Assembly: GCA_963777605.1 (NCBI GenBank)
Contig: CAVZRV010000007.1
Span: 384,001-448,000 of the forward strand
Direction: 5' to 3'
Source of the DNA: an uncultured Acidobacteriota bacterium
GTDB taxonomy: Bacteria; Acidobacteriota; UBA6911; RPQK01; JAPXNP01
DNA: 64,000 nt
Shown here: positions 33,579-42,795 of the stretch, piece after piece
Layout of the letters: the number at the start of each line of letters is the position of its first letter
How positions within the stretch are numbered: position 1 is the first letter of the stretch
Position numbers and translations under genes: made by a program
Notes under the pieces: model-generated
What the model was told of the DNA's origin: nothing
Databases searched by the model: none
The model's input: the letters and a program-made list of their open reading frames with translations, nothing else

Positions 33579-33855
33579 AAACCAAGGCGCCAGGGCAGTT
33601 TCACACTCTGAATGATCCAGCGGCGACCGGCGACCCGAGACCTGCGCCCCCCGGGAAGGAATCGGGAATCGAGAAGCGAGCATCGAGAATGGGGCGGTCG
33701 CAGAAGCTCCACGTCCGCGGTTTTTGGAGCGATCCTGGAGACTCCGCATTAAGTACGCGGGAATCACGATTGTCGGCCCGGACTCGGCCGGTTTCACTTT
33801 GCGAACGGTCTCCGCAGCGCGCCGGAGGACACATGATGGCTATGCCGGCCAATCA

Positions 33856-34875
33856 TCACATGCCGAGGTCCCGGAGCGTTTCCAGAACCCGGGCGTGGAT
33901 TCGACCGTTGGAAGCCAGCACTCCGCGGTTGCGTTCCAGTTGGCGGCCGGCCGTGAAGTCGAGCGCGTTTCCGTCGAGATCGGTGACTCGCCCACCCGCC
34001 TCTTCGACGACCAGAACACCGGCAGCCTGGTCCCAGATCTTCTCTCGATAGTCGGGCCGTCGCGCCGAAATCAGCCGGACCAGCAGGTCGCCCTCCCCGT
34101 TGGCGAGAAGCGCGTACTTGGCCTGGCTGTCCATGGGAACCGGGGCCGCAGCGATGCCAAGTTCCAGCTTGAGGCGGCCAACCTGATCCAGGTTGGTATG
34201 GGCCTTCTCGAAGGAACGCAGGAGCACCGCCGATTCCATGCAGTCCGTCGGGGACACATGCAAGGGAATCGGATCCGCCTGCCCTTCCAACCACACCCAT
34301 GATGCTCCCCGGCCTTGCTCAGCGAAAGCGAGGATTCCCTGGTCTGCCGCCTCGGCCGATGTACCCACTCCGTCCATGGAAAGCTGCAGCCGAGGACAAC
34401 CCAGGATGCCCAACTTGACCGTTCCCTGAGCCACGCGCGCCAAGGCCACGGCATAGTGAGCATTTCGGAGAAATCCCTTGGTGCCGTCGATCGGATCGAG
34501 GACCCAGTACTCACCCTCCGGGGTCCCCTTTCCCCGGTCAAGCCAGTCCAGTATCTGTTCCGGTCCCGAATTGGGCTCAAATTCCCGGACGTGTTCCACG
34601 ACACGATCGAGGACCGACCCGTTTTCGGCCGCCCTGAGGTAGTCGGCGCTCTCCTCCGCAACCAGAATGGCCCCTGGGAAAGCCCGCAAGAGGCGGAGAG
34701 CAACCAGTGCCTGGACCGCAAAGTCCGCCACCGTCACCGGAGACCGATCTTCCTTCTGAAGTGCAGGAGTGACCATTCGGCGGCGAACCTCCTCGGCCAA
34801 CCGACAACAATCGGCAACCAAATTGATTCCGAATTCGAGTTCCGGGCCGTGTGATCCCTTAGACGATGCGGTCAT
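33856..34875 (-). CDS. 3'(2'),5'-bisphosphate nucleotidase, HAL2/SAL1-like (inositol monophosphatase superfamily)
   Basis: KEDRSPVTVADF, WVLDPIDGTKGF, DSQAKY, EKIWDQAAG. Confidence 0.88.
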   Translation of the reverse strand: MTASSKGSHGPELEFGINLVADCCRLAEEVRRRMVTPALQKEDRSPVTVADFAVQALVALRLLRAFPGAILVAEESADYLRAAENGSVLDRVVEHVREFEPNSGPEQILDWLDRGKGTPEGEYWVLDPIDGTKGFLRNAHYAVALARVAQGTVKLGILGCPRLQLSMDGVGTSAEAADQGILAFAEQGRGASWVWLEGQADPIPLHVSPTDCMESAVLLRSFEKAHTNLDQVGRLKLELGIAAAPVPMDSQAKYALLANGEGDLLVRLISARRPDYREKIWDQAAGVLVVEEAGGRVTDLDGNALDFTAGRQLERNRGVLASNGRIHARVLETLRDLGM

Positions 34876-35022
34876 TAGATACTTTTCTCCTGAATGTCTC
34901 CGAAAGGGACCATCGTAGCGCAACCGCAAAACGATGTGAAAAGGCGGGCGCAGATACGCGAGAGGGTGATGGAAGGCGACGCCGGGACCGGTCCGGCGCT
35001 CCGCCTTCCATCAGAAACGGAA

Positions 35023-36765
35023 TCAGACCTGGACGGGTTGGGTGGCGTGCACCTGGTCGAATTTCTTCATTCCTTCCGGGTCGAGAGCCCACTCGTAGGA
35101 CTCCTTACAGTCCCGGTGGGAAGCATAATCACTCCGAATTGCATCGACGTCGAACCCGAAACTTCGCAACTGAATCGACTCCACAAAGCTGCAATTCGTC
35201 CTCACGGATTCGTCGTCCAGGACCCGGGAGGCGACATAGGCATAGATGAACCTGGCGAACTCCTTGAGGTTCGCCAGGTGGCGGTCCAGGACCTCCTCAC
35301 CCTCAGGAACCGTGACTCCGACTTCGTAGAAGCCGGTCTCGGCATACTTGAGGGGAGTCAGCTCCATGAAGTCGTTCAAGACCTTGTGAATCGGCAACTC
35401 CCGTTCCTCCTTCCACTGGTAGTAGTCGCTGAGGAACTGCTGGAGATTTCGATTGATGGGACCCAATTGTGCGAACTTCCTGAAGAAGATCTGGATGAAA
35501 TCACGGTTGGTGAAAAAGTCGTTGGCAACTGGGAAAACGTAGAAACTGAAGTATATCGCCAGTTCCCATGCGTACTTGAGCGTGAAGACTTCCTGGTCCC
35601 CCAGAGCGTTGTAGCTCAAGACATAGCTGGGAACATAAGCCTCGTAGAACACCTTCATCAGGGGTTCGTAGATTTGGCACTTCTTCTCGAGTTCGTCCTG
35701 GTCCCCGGACAGTATCGCGTCGACCACCATTGAGTTATAGAACGAGATCAAGTCCGAACCGGGGCTGTAGAGCGGATCGGTGAAGCGCCCCGCCATCCCC
35801 GACATACCCCACTTGTGTGGGCTGATGGTCTGTTTGCAGTCATAGGCGAAGCTCGCCAGGCGGGCGCTGTCCACCAGTCGCCGATTCCTGAAATCTCGCT
35901 CAAAGAGTGGAAACTCCTCGCAGGCCCAGTCAATCAGCTTCTCTGGGGTTGAAACCCGATTCTCGTCAAACAGGGCCCGATCGTAGACCAAACCCAGGCT
36001 CGTCAGGCCCTGGAGGGGGATCACCCAGAACCAGAAACCCTTCCCCATGAAGTGGTTCGTGGCCAGCCAGAGGGGGATCATGCCCTGTTCCCGCCGGTCA
36101 GACTTCTTCCGGATCTCGTCCAACGAGGCGTCGGTGAGCTTCTCGATGTTGATCAGGCCCTCCAGCCAGCACCATGAGGAGCCATGCCGGATTTCACTCT
36201 CCGCCGCCAGGTCGTTCTTTCGCTTGAGAAACTGACCACGGCCGGTCGTGTCAACCACCCACTCCGAGTCCAGTTCAACCTGTGCGCCCTCCAGCTTGAA
36301 GCTGACTCGGTGCCTGCCGCCCTCATCTAGTTCCACGTTCAGCGCGACTGCGGGATTGCAGAAGGTCACGTCGGGATGCTTGCTGTTCTCGGCAAGTAGG
36401 TGAGCCTCGAGGACATTGCGGTCCAACTGGTAGCTGCAGACGTTGGAGAGAGGGCGAATGTAAGACTGGCTGTAGTCCTCGAAATTGCGATCACCCGACG
36501 TCGTCTTCCAATAAAACCGCAAGTTGTACTTCAAGTAATGGTGGTTGAACAGGTGCTCCTCCAGGTCGAGAACCTTGGAGAAATAATATCCCCCCACCTG
36601 AACCAGGGACTCTCCAACTTTCTGTTTCTTCCCGGGAACCTCGGGCTTGTTGTCGAGCAGCAGGATCTTCTTGCCCGACTTGGCCACCAGAAGGTGGCGG
36701 CACAGGGACAAACCCGCCAGTCCGGCCCCAAGGATCACCACATCGTAATGTCTTTCAATTTTCAT
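35023..36765 (-). CDS. Flavin-dependent halogenase-like protein
   Basis: GAGLAG, KVGES, candidate catalytic Lys in YLKYNLRF, WFWVIP (WxWxIP), FTDPLYSPG. Confidence 0.8.
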   Translation of the reverse strand: MKIERHYDVVILGAGLAGLSLCRHLLVAKSGKKILLLDNKPEVPGKKQKVGESLVQVGGYYFSKVLDLEEHLFNHHYLKYNLRFYWKTTSGDRNFEDYSQSYIRPLSNVCSYQLDRNVLEAHLLAENSKHPDVTFCNPAVALNVELDEGGRHRVSFKLEGAQVELDSEWVVDTTGRGQFLKRKNDLAAESEIRHGSSWCWLEGLINIEKLTDASLDEIRKKSDRREQGMIPLWLATNHFMGKGFWFWVIPLQGLTSLGLVYDRALFDENRVSTPEKLIDWACEEFPLFERDFRNRRLVDSARLASFAYDCKQTISPHKWGMSGMAGRFTDPLYSPGSDLISFYNSMVVDAILSGDQDELEKKCQIYEPLMKVFYEAYVPSYVLSYNALGDQEVFTLKYAWELAIYFSFYVFPVANDFFTNRDFIQIFFRKFAQLGPINRNLQQFLSDYYQWKEERELPIHKVLNDFMELTPLKYAETGFYEVGVTVPEGEEVLDRHLANLKEFARFIYAYVASRVLDDESVRTNCSFVESIQLRSFGFDVDAIRSDYASHRDCKESYEWALDPEGMKKFDQVHATQPVQV

Positions 36766-36913
36766 ATGAATGCGCACCTCGCAGGACCCAACCTCTCGCA
36801 TCAGCGGCCCGAGCTCTTCATCCATGCTCGATCCGAAACGGCACTATCACTCCTGGGGGGAAATTTACTAAATGCGCTATATATTAACGTTTTTTTATTT
36901 AAACGAAAAGTTC

Positions 36914-37972
36914 CTAAAATGTCTCGATTTGTTCGACCAGCTGTTCGAGAGAGGCCATTCCATCGACCGGCGTTGCCAGTTCACGAATCCTCAGGAGCGG
37001 TTCGGAGCCGGCGGTTCTCGCCTCCAGGCTCTCCAAAACTCTTTTCTGCTCTCTAACCACGGCAGTTCCCCATGCCAGGGTCCGTTGATCACCGGGTTCA
37101 GTCGGGCTCAGCCCTTCCGGGGGCTCGGGCCAACAGCGATTGACGATGGTCCGAGGTGCTGGATAGTGTCGGGCCTGCAGCTCCCGTTCAAAGAATTCCA
37201 CGTCTCGTTCGGCTTTGTCCGGAATCGTGACAATGAAGAACCGAGCCGTCTCCGGGTCTCTCAACATGGCCGCTGTTCGCCGGGCACGTTTCGCGTAACC
37301 CTCGGCGATTGAGCGGAATAGCCCGTAAAAGTCGAGTACCTGTCCCACGACCCCGACTCCGACCAGCTCTTCCAGGCGGGCGTAGAGATCAAGAGAGCGC
37401 CTGCCCATCGCTCCAAAAGGAGATGCCGCCCAGACTCGGTAGGTGGCGCTGGCGATCTTGACCACCGGGAAAGAAACCAGGTCAGCGAAATACTCCGGCT
37501 TGTCGAGAAACTCAAAAGCGTGACGACTGGGAGCAGTATCGATCACCACGGCATCGTATCCACGGTTTAACGCCTGGTCGAGGTACTCCAGTGCCATCAA
37601 CTCCTGCATCCCCGACAGCGAAGTGATCAGCATCCGGTAAATCCGATGATCGAGGATCGACCGAACCTGGCGTGGATTGCCATAGGTCCGGACAGCGGTC
37701 TCGAGAGTGTGCTCAATGTCGAGCAAAGCAGCCCACAACTCCCCGGCAAATGAATCGGGGAGAGCAACCCGGTGCTCACCTCCGCGATTGTCCAACCCGA
37801 GCAACCCCTTCAGCCTTCTGGCAGGATCAATCGTCAAAACCAGGGTCTTGTGCCCGGAATGAGCGTACTTCATGGCGAGGACGCTGGAAACCGTGGTCTT
37901 GCCAACCCCGCCCGTCCCCACCAGAACCGCAATCCGAGTTTTCCTTCCACTTCGGCCTGTCGCCTCGTTCAT
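36914..37972 (-). CDS. ArsA/GET3-family ATPase (second of pair)
   Basis: GTGGVGKTT, TIDPARRL, SGMQELMA, IDTAPSRHA, VNR. Confidence 0.9.
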   Translation of the reverse strand: MNEATGRSGRKTRIAVLVGTGGVGKTTVSSVLAMKYAHSGHKTLVLTIDPARRLKGLLGLDNRGGEHRVALPDSFAGELWAALLDIEHTLETAVRTYGNPRQVRSILDHRIYRMLITSLSGMQELMALEYLDQALNRGYDAVVIDTAPSRHAFEFLDKPEYFADLVSFPVVKIASATYRVWAASPFGAMGRRSLDLYARLEELVGVGVVGQVLDFYGLFRSIAEGYAKRARRTAAMLRDPETARFFIVTIPDKAERDVEFFERELQARHYPAPRTIVNRCWPEPPEGLSPTEPGDQRTLAWGTAVVREQKRVLESLEARTAGSEPLLRIRELATPVDGMASLEQLVEQIETF

Positions 37973-38910
37973 GGGCTCTCACCCCGTGACTTTCGGCCCC
38001 CAATCATGCCGAGAAGGCCGGCGCCGGAGAGCTCCTCGGCCAGCCCTCCCAGAAATGCGAGGTCGGCAAACTGCCGCGGCCTGCGCTCCAGAGCCAGGAC
38101 CGGACAGGAGAGCGCCTCCCGGATCCGACTGTGCTGCGCACGTTCTGCCGCAACCTGGGATCGGGCAAACCGGCCCCACTCGCCAAGACCACGATAGTCC
38201 GGAAGAGCCTCCGATCCGGCCACAGGGCCCTCGTTCGCCAGGCACACCAATTCCGGCGACACCAGGTTGCAGATCGCCACGCCTGCGTTCATGCCCAACT
38301 CCTCGAGTCCCTGTTCCAACTCGAGGGTTTCGTCAACCGACATTTCCTCAGGAACGCAGACCGGGACAACAAAGGGTGACGCTCGCTCGATAAAATCACG
38401 AATCTGCCTGCCCTGGCTGGCAAGCGGTCCCGAGAAAAACTGTTCGAAATTCCGGGCTACTCGAAGGGTCTGCAGAAAGTGGCCGGAAGCGGGTGCGTCC
38501 CAGACAATCACATCGTATGACTGAACTCAATCCGGTTGGGCCGTTCCGATATCGGTCAGTCTCCAAAGGAACGCGAATTCCTTCAACCCAGGAACAACCT
38601 CGATGAAATTCGTGTAAATCCGGCTCTTGACGAGAAATTCGGCAATCCCAGAGGGCCTGATCCGGGACCTAACCATCCCATCCAGGACGTTCTTTGGGTC
38701 AAGGTGAACCACGAAGAGTCTTTTAGCAGCCTCCGGTTCACTATCCTCGATCCCTTCCAGGTTGATGGCGAGGGCCAGTTCCGACAGCGGGTGAGAAGAC
38801 ACGACCAGCGTTCGGCTGCCCCGGCGGCTCAACGCCAGCCCCGTCGCCACCGACAGAGTGGATTTCCCGACTCCACCCTTCCCACAAAAGACAATCAGGG
38901 ACACTGCCAC
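37969..38910 (-). pseudogene. ArsA/GET3-family ATPase (first of pair) interrupted by an in-frame TGA at 38527-38529
   Basis: GKGGVGKST, PGLKE, then GTAQPD*VQSYDVIVWDAPASGH and PEEMSVDET, all in one frame. Confidence 0.85.
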
Positions 38911-38962
38911 AATCGACTACCAGTCAAGCAGAGGTTCAATTCGGGGATTCCAATCGGACCGG

Positions 38963-40459
38963 CTACCGTCCTCGCGCCACAGAGAAAACCAACGCCACAC
39001 CACACAACAGCGAGGCGGCGGCCAGCAGAGTCCCAAGACCGGAACCCTCTGCAGAAAATGCCCCTTGGAGCGTGGCCAATGAGGCAAGCAGCAGTACCCC
39101 GCCGAACCAGGATCGCCTGGATTGGCTCTGGTTGGGCGAAGACGTTGTGGTCGACACCGAAACGGAAAGGTCATTTTCCCTCAACTGCTCGACAAACGAA
39201 CTCACCTGGCGCACTACCCCCATCATCAACAGACCGCTCCCGACCGCCCACTCGCGGGCTTTCTCAATGCTCATTGTTTGGCTCACCCGCAACTTCACGA
39301 GCCGGGACAGAACCGTCGCAACACCCACAACAAACTGGTCCACTTTACGGCTTGCCATCTTGGGGCCGAGAAGCACCAGTTCGCGTTGAAAAAAATCAAG
39401 GAAGAATGGAACCCGAACTCGACTGCCGGCGAGGGCCTTCCAGAAATCCACCAACTTCTCGACAGAATCGGGGAATCGCCCTTCTCGGTCCATCTCGAAC
39501 CGGAGCCCGGAGAGTTCTCTCCAGATTTCCGACTCGGGGATCACCACCTCCTCATTCCGGGTCATGCGTACCAGCATCCGCATGGCACGCCCGGAGTCTT
39601 CCGCAATTGATGAAGCCACGTACTGGATAAGGGGCTGGTAATGCTGGATTGGAAGAGACTCCATGAAGGGCCAGACGCGATATCCGAACTTCCCCTCCCC
39701 ACAGGCCCGCATCTCGTCGAATGAGTCATCCACCGCGATGCAGGAAAGAATCAGGATCTGCTCAACCACTGCCTCCACCCATCGAGTAGAATCACTCTCC
39801 CCATCCGCTCCGGGTTGGCGCACGGGTTGCCCTTCGGTCAGCGAGTAGGCGAGGATGTTCGAGCGCTGCAAATCGGGGATCAGTTGGGGGATTTCTGTCA
39901 CGCATCCCGGTGGTGCCTCCTGGAGTGTCTCCAGCATCCGCCGCTTGCGTCCCAGATCAGCATGAAGGTCGAGCCACTTGTGGAAGGAGTGAAGGACATC
40001 CGGCTCCAGGATGCGCGACTCCGGGAACCCTTCCAACTCGGAAACGCCCGCTTCGAAATCCTTCCAGGCCGATTGATCTACGCCCGCGTCCGGCACAGCC
40101 ACCTCAAGAATCACGATCCGGCGACCGAAAAGAGCGCGAAAAGACCTGGTGAAATACGACCGGGTCAGTTCCTCGACTTCGAGGGCTTCAACAGGCAGAT
40201 CGAGCGGCCCATCCGGCCCGAAATAGGGGGCCGTCACCTGTTCGAGTTCATCCAGGTAGGGATTGGGCAAGAAATCCGCACGACCGGATAGAAAAACGGC
40301 AAACGCCTGGAAGTAGCCGCCCAGTTCCTCGCATGCGGAGCGAAATCCGGTCGCCCGGGAAAGAGTGCTACCGGCCAGAAGGGGCCCCCGACCCCAGCCC
40401 CGAGACCGGGCCAGCCCGTAGTCCTGCCAAACCGTTGAAGGGTTTCGTCTGGGATTCAC
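38963..40459 (-). CDS. ABC1/UbiB-like pseudokinase with two C-terminal TMs
   Basis: Aligns by eye with the ABC1 layout (FRSACEELGG..FLSGRADFLP) but lacks KxGQ, VAVK, HxDxHxxN and DFG. Confidence 0.7.
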   Translation of the reverse strand: MNPRRNPSTVWQDYGLARSRGWGRGPLLAGSTLSRATGFRSACEELGGYFQAFAVFLSGRADFLPNPYLDELEQVTAPYFGPDGPLDLPVEALEVEELTRSYFTRSFRALFGRRIVILEVAVPDAGVDQSAWKDFEAGVSELEGFPESRILEPDVLHSFHKWLDLHADLGRKRRMLETLQEAPPGCVTEIPQLIPDLQRSNILAYSLTEGQPVRQPGADGESDSTRWVEAVVEQILILSCIAVDDSFDEMRACGEGKFGYRVWPFMESLPIQHYQPLIQYVASSIAEDSGRAMRMLVRMTRNEEVVIPESEIWRELSGLRFEMDREGRFPDSVEKLVDFWKALAGSRVRVPFFLDFFQRELVLLGPKMASRKVDQFVVGVATVLSRLVKLRVSQTMSIEKAREWAVGSGLLMMGVVRQVSSFVEQLRENDLSVSVSTTTSSPNQSQSRRSWFGGVLLLASLATLQGAFSAEGSGLGTLLAAASLLCGVALVFSVARGR

Positions 40460-40544
40460 AATACTCCCGCCGCCACGCCAACCTGTTTCACAGCCGAAAC
40501 CCCTCTGTCTGCCGGCCCTGCCGACCCTTCAAGAACCGGAAAAA

Positions 40545-40976
40545 TCAGGAGGCCTTGGCCCTCGCTTTTCGCTCTGAACCACCCAGCGCCTCGGACGCCG
40601 GCTGTGGCGCTTCCCCGGAGCTCTCGCTCCCACCGTCCATCCAGCTCATGACTGAGTCCGACGTCCGTTTCACCATGTCCGCCGTATTTTTCACCATTTC
40701 ACGAGGGTCGGCAATGGTGGCCCCGACTCCCGAGAAAGCACGATGAACGGTGTCTTCGGAAACCCGCGTTACCGTGTCGAGCGTTTCTCGCTTACTCTGG
40801 TCGACATGGTTCATCACGGCGTCTGAAAAAGCGTCCATAGTCTGGCGCATCCGCTCGAGCGGAGCAGTCATATCTTCACCCGAACCCACCGATGTTACCG
40901 CTCCCTGGACCTGCTCGAGGCCGAACAGCGTCATCGCGGTCGAAAATCGCATCATGGAAACAAGAAACTTGTCCAC
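40545..40976 (-). CDS. Small amphipathic helical hypothetical protein (phasin/apolipoprotein-like)
   Basis: GGAGG RBS before GTG; Met/Ser/Thr/Asp-rich helical sequence with no TM or signal peptide. Confidence 0.7.
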   Translation of the reverse strand: MDKFLVSMMRFSTAMTLFGLEQVQGAVTSVGSGEDMTAPLERMRQTMDAFSDAVMNHVDQSKRETLDTVTRVSEDTVHRAFSGVGATIADPREMVKNTADMVKRTSDSVMSWMDGGSESSGEAPQPASEALGGSERKARAKAS

Positions 40977-41148
40977 AGAAACCTCCCTCTCTAAAATATT
41001 TGGTTGAAACTGGCTCAATGAGTACCCGCACTTCGGGTCCTTGAGGATTTGGAGTTAGAATACCTCTCAGATGGTCCCTTTGTCCAGTATAAGGTCTGTA
41101 ATTGCACTCTGATCCGGCAATCTTACAGAGTTGTTGCCTGGCCCGCCG

Positions 41149-42795
41149 CTAATGGGTCAGTCTCCAGAGAATGCTCAGCACCCAAGCCGTAAAGACACCC
41201 AAGAGTCCGAAACAAACGAGTGCCGGCACTGCCGTCGGAGCCGCCGCGAGCGTCCCCCAGTTGAAGGCGGCACCTCCAAGGATTGCGAGCCAGGCGACAA
41301 CCGCCCAGAAGGCCTTGTGCCCGGTCTGATCGGCTGGTCCCGAGTCGACCAATCGGACGCGCAACGGCAATTCGCTCCGCTCCAGCATGTCGAGCGATCG
41401 GAGCATGCTCCCCGGCCCCATCTGAAGCCACCCGGCCAGATCCGCCATCGCGGGTAGAGAAGCCCGGTTCGACAACATTTTTCGCTGGGCCTCTTCCATG
41501 ATGTACTCCTCGCAGAGCTCCTTCAGGTGAGGGCCGTAGTCGAGCCCCGGAGCGAGACGGGAGACCAGGCCGTCTGCCAGAAACAACGAGCGGATGTACT
41601 TGATCATTTCCCGCCGAGGAAGGATCCCGAAGGAACGGCAGAGCGTCAACAAGTCGATCATAAGGATCGTCAATGAGCGGCCAAACTGGGGGCGGCCCGT
41701 TATCGCGGGTTCCCGGTACCAGCGTGGTGAGAGTTTCTCCAACTCCCTTCGAAAGCCCTCAGGGTCGGCGTGGTCGGTCAATTCACAGACTGCCATGAAT
41801 GACCTGAAAATCTCGTCGTTCTGACCTCTCACGTACCCGAGGGTCATTTGGATGATTTTCCGCCGGGCTTCCGAGGTGAGGTGCCCAACAATGCCGAAAT
41901 CCACATAGCCGACCTTATTTTCCGGCAGAATCAAAAGATTGGCGGGATGTAAATCGGCGTGAAAAACACCAAATCGCAGCGCGTCACTAACAAAGTTCCG
42001 AATAACGTTGGACACAAAGACCGGAGGGTCAAACCCGATCTTCCCCAGGACCCCGATCGAGTCTTCCTGGGTCTCGTCGCGGATTCGCATGTACTCCCGG
42101 ACGCTCCTCCCTTCCAGGAAATCCATCGTCAGAATCCGTTCCGTGGTCAACTCCCATTGGACACAAGGCACCTGTTCGGTCGGGGTCTCGCGCGAGTTCC
42201 GCTCCAGGAGGCGAGCGTAGTGCGCCTCGGTACGGTAGTCGAGTTCGTCCTGGATCCAGTCGTTGAACTCCTTGGCCGGATCACGAAGGAAATAGAGGGT
42301 CCGAATTCTCAGCAAGAAAATGAGCTTGATGAAGTACTTCATCAAAACCGCGTCGCGGGTAAAGGTATCCCGTATCCCCGGTCGCTGGACTTTGACCGCG
42401 ACCTTGTGTCCATCAGGCAGAACGGCCCGGTGAACCTGCCCTATTGAGGCTGCCGCGATCGGCACGAAGTCGAATTCCGTGAAGATTTCCTCGGGATTCG
42501 CCTTCAGGTCCTCCCTGAATATCCGCCGGACCTCCTCCTCACGAAACGGGGGCACCCGGTCGAGGAGATCGAGAAGGGCATCACAATAGGCCGTCGGCAG
42601 GGTGTCCACCTGGAGTGAGAGGATCTGGCCGAACTTGAGGAAGCTGCCGGAGATCTCTTCGAGCGCGATGCGCAGCCGGACTGGACCGCTCATCCCTGGC
42701 TTTCCGGTGAGGCGAGCCCAGAGGGCACCCACCAGGTGAGAGACTACGATCCTCGCGACCTCCAGAGCTCGGGCCAGATAATTTACGAAAGCCAT
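41149..42795 (-). CDS. ABC1/UbiB/AarF family atypical kinase
   Basis: KFGQ, AAASIGQVHRA, VAVKVQRP, ELDY, FHADLHPAN, DFG; two C-terminal TMs. Confidence 0.95.
   Translation of the reverse strand: MAFVNYLARALEVARIVVSHLVGALWARLTGKPGMSGPVRLRIALEEISGSFLKFGQILSLQVDTLPTAYCDALLDLLDRVPPFREEEVRRIFREDLKANPEEIFTEFDFVPIAAASIGQVHRAVLPDGHKVAVKVQRPGIRDTFTRDAVLMKYFIKLIFLLRIRTLYFLRDPAKEFNDWIQDELDYRTEAHYARLLERNSRETPTEQVPCVQWELTTERILTMDFLEGRSVREYMRIRDETQEDSIGVLGKIGFDPPVFVSNVIRNFVSDALRFGVFHADLHPANLLILPENKVGYVDFGIVGHLTSEARRKIIQMTLGYVRGQNDEIFRSFMAVCELTDHADPEGFRRELEKLSPRWYREPAITGRPQFGRSLTILMIDLLTLCRSFGILPRREMIKYIRSLFLADGLVSRLAPGLDYGPHLKELCEEYIMEEAQRKMLSNRASLPAMADLAGWLQMGPGSMLRSLDMLERSELPLRVRLVDSGPADQTGHKAFWAVVAWLAILGGAAFNWGTLAAAPTAVPALVCFGLLGVFTAWVLSILWRLTH

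Noticed and set aside
33856-34875. HAL2-like PAP phosphatase as part of the lipid cluster
   Set aside because: Same strand, but separated by ~150 bp with no coupling; no sulfotransferase or PPTase nearby to justify the link.
36914-38910. Arsenic resistance operon
   Set aside because: No arsR/B/C/D; neighbours are lipid-related.
41149-42795. ubiB of ubiquinone biosynthesis
   Set aside because: Family motifs only, with no ubiE/ubiJ context, so no gene symbol was assigned.
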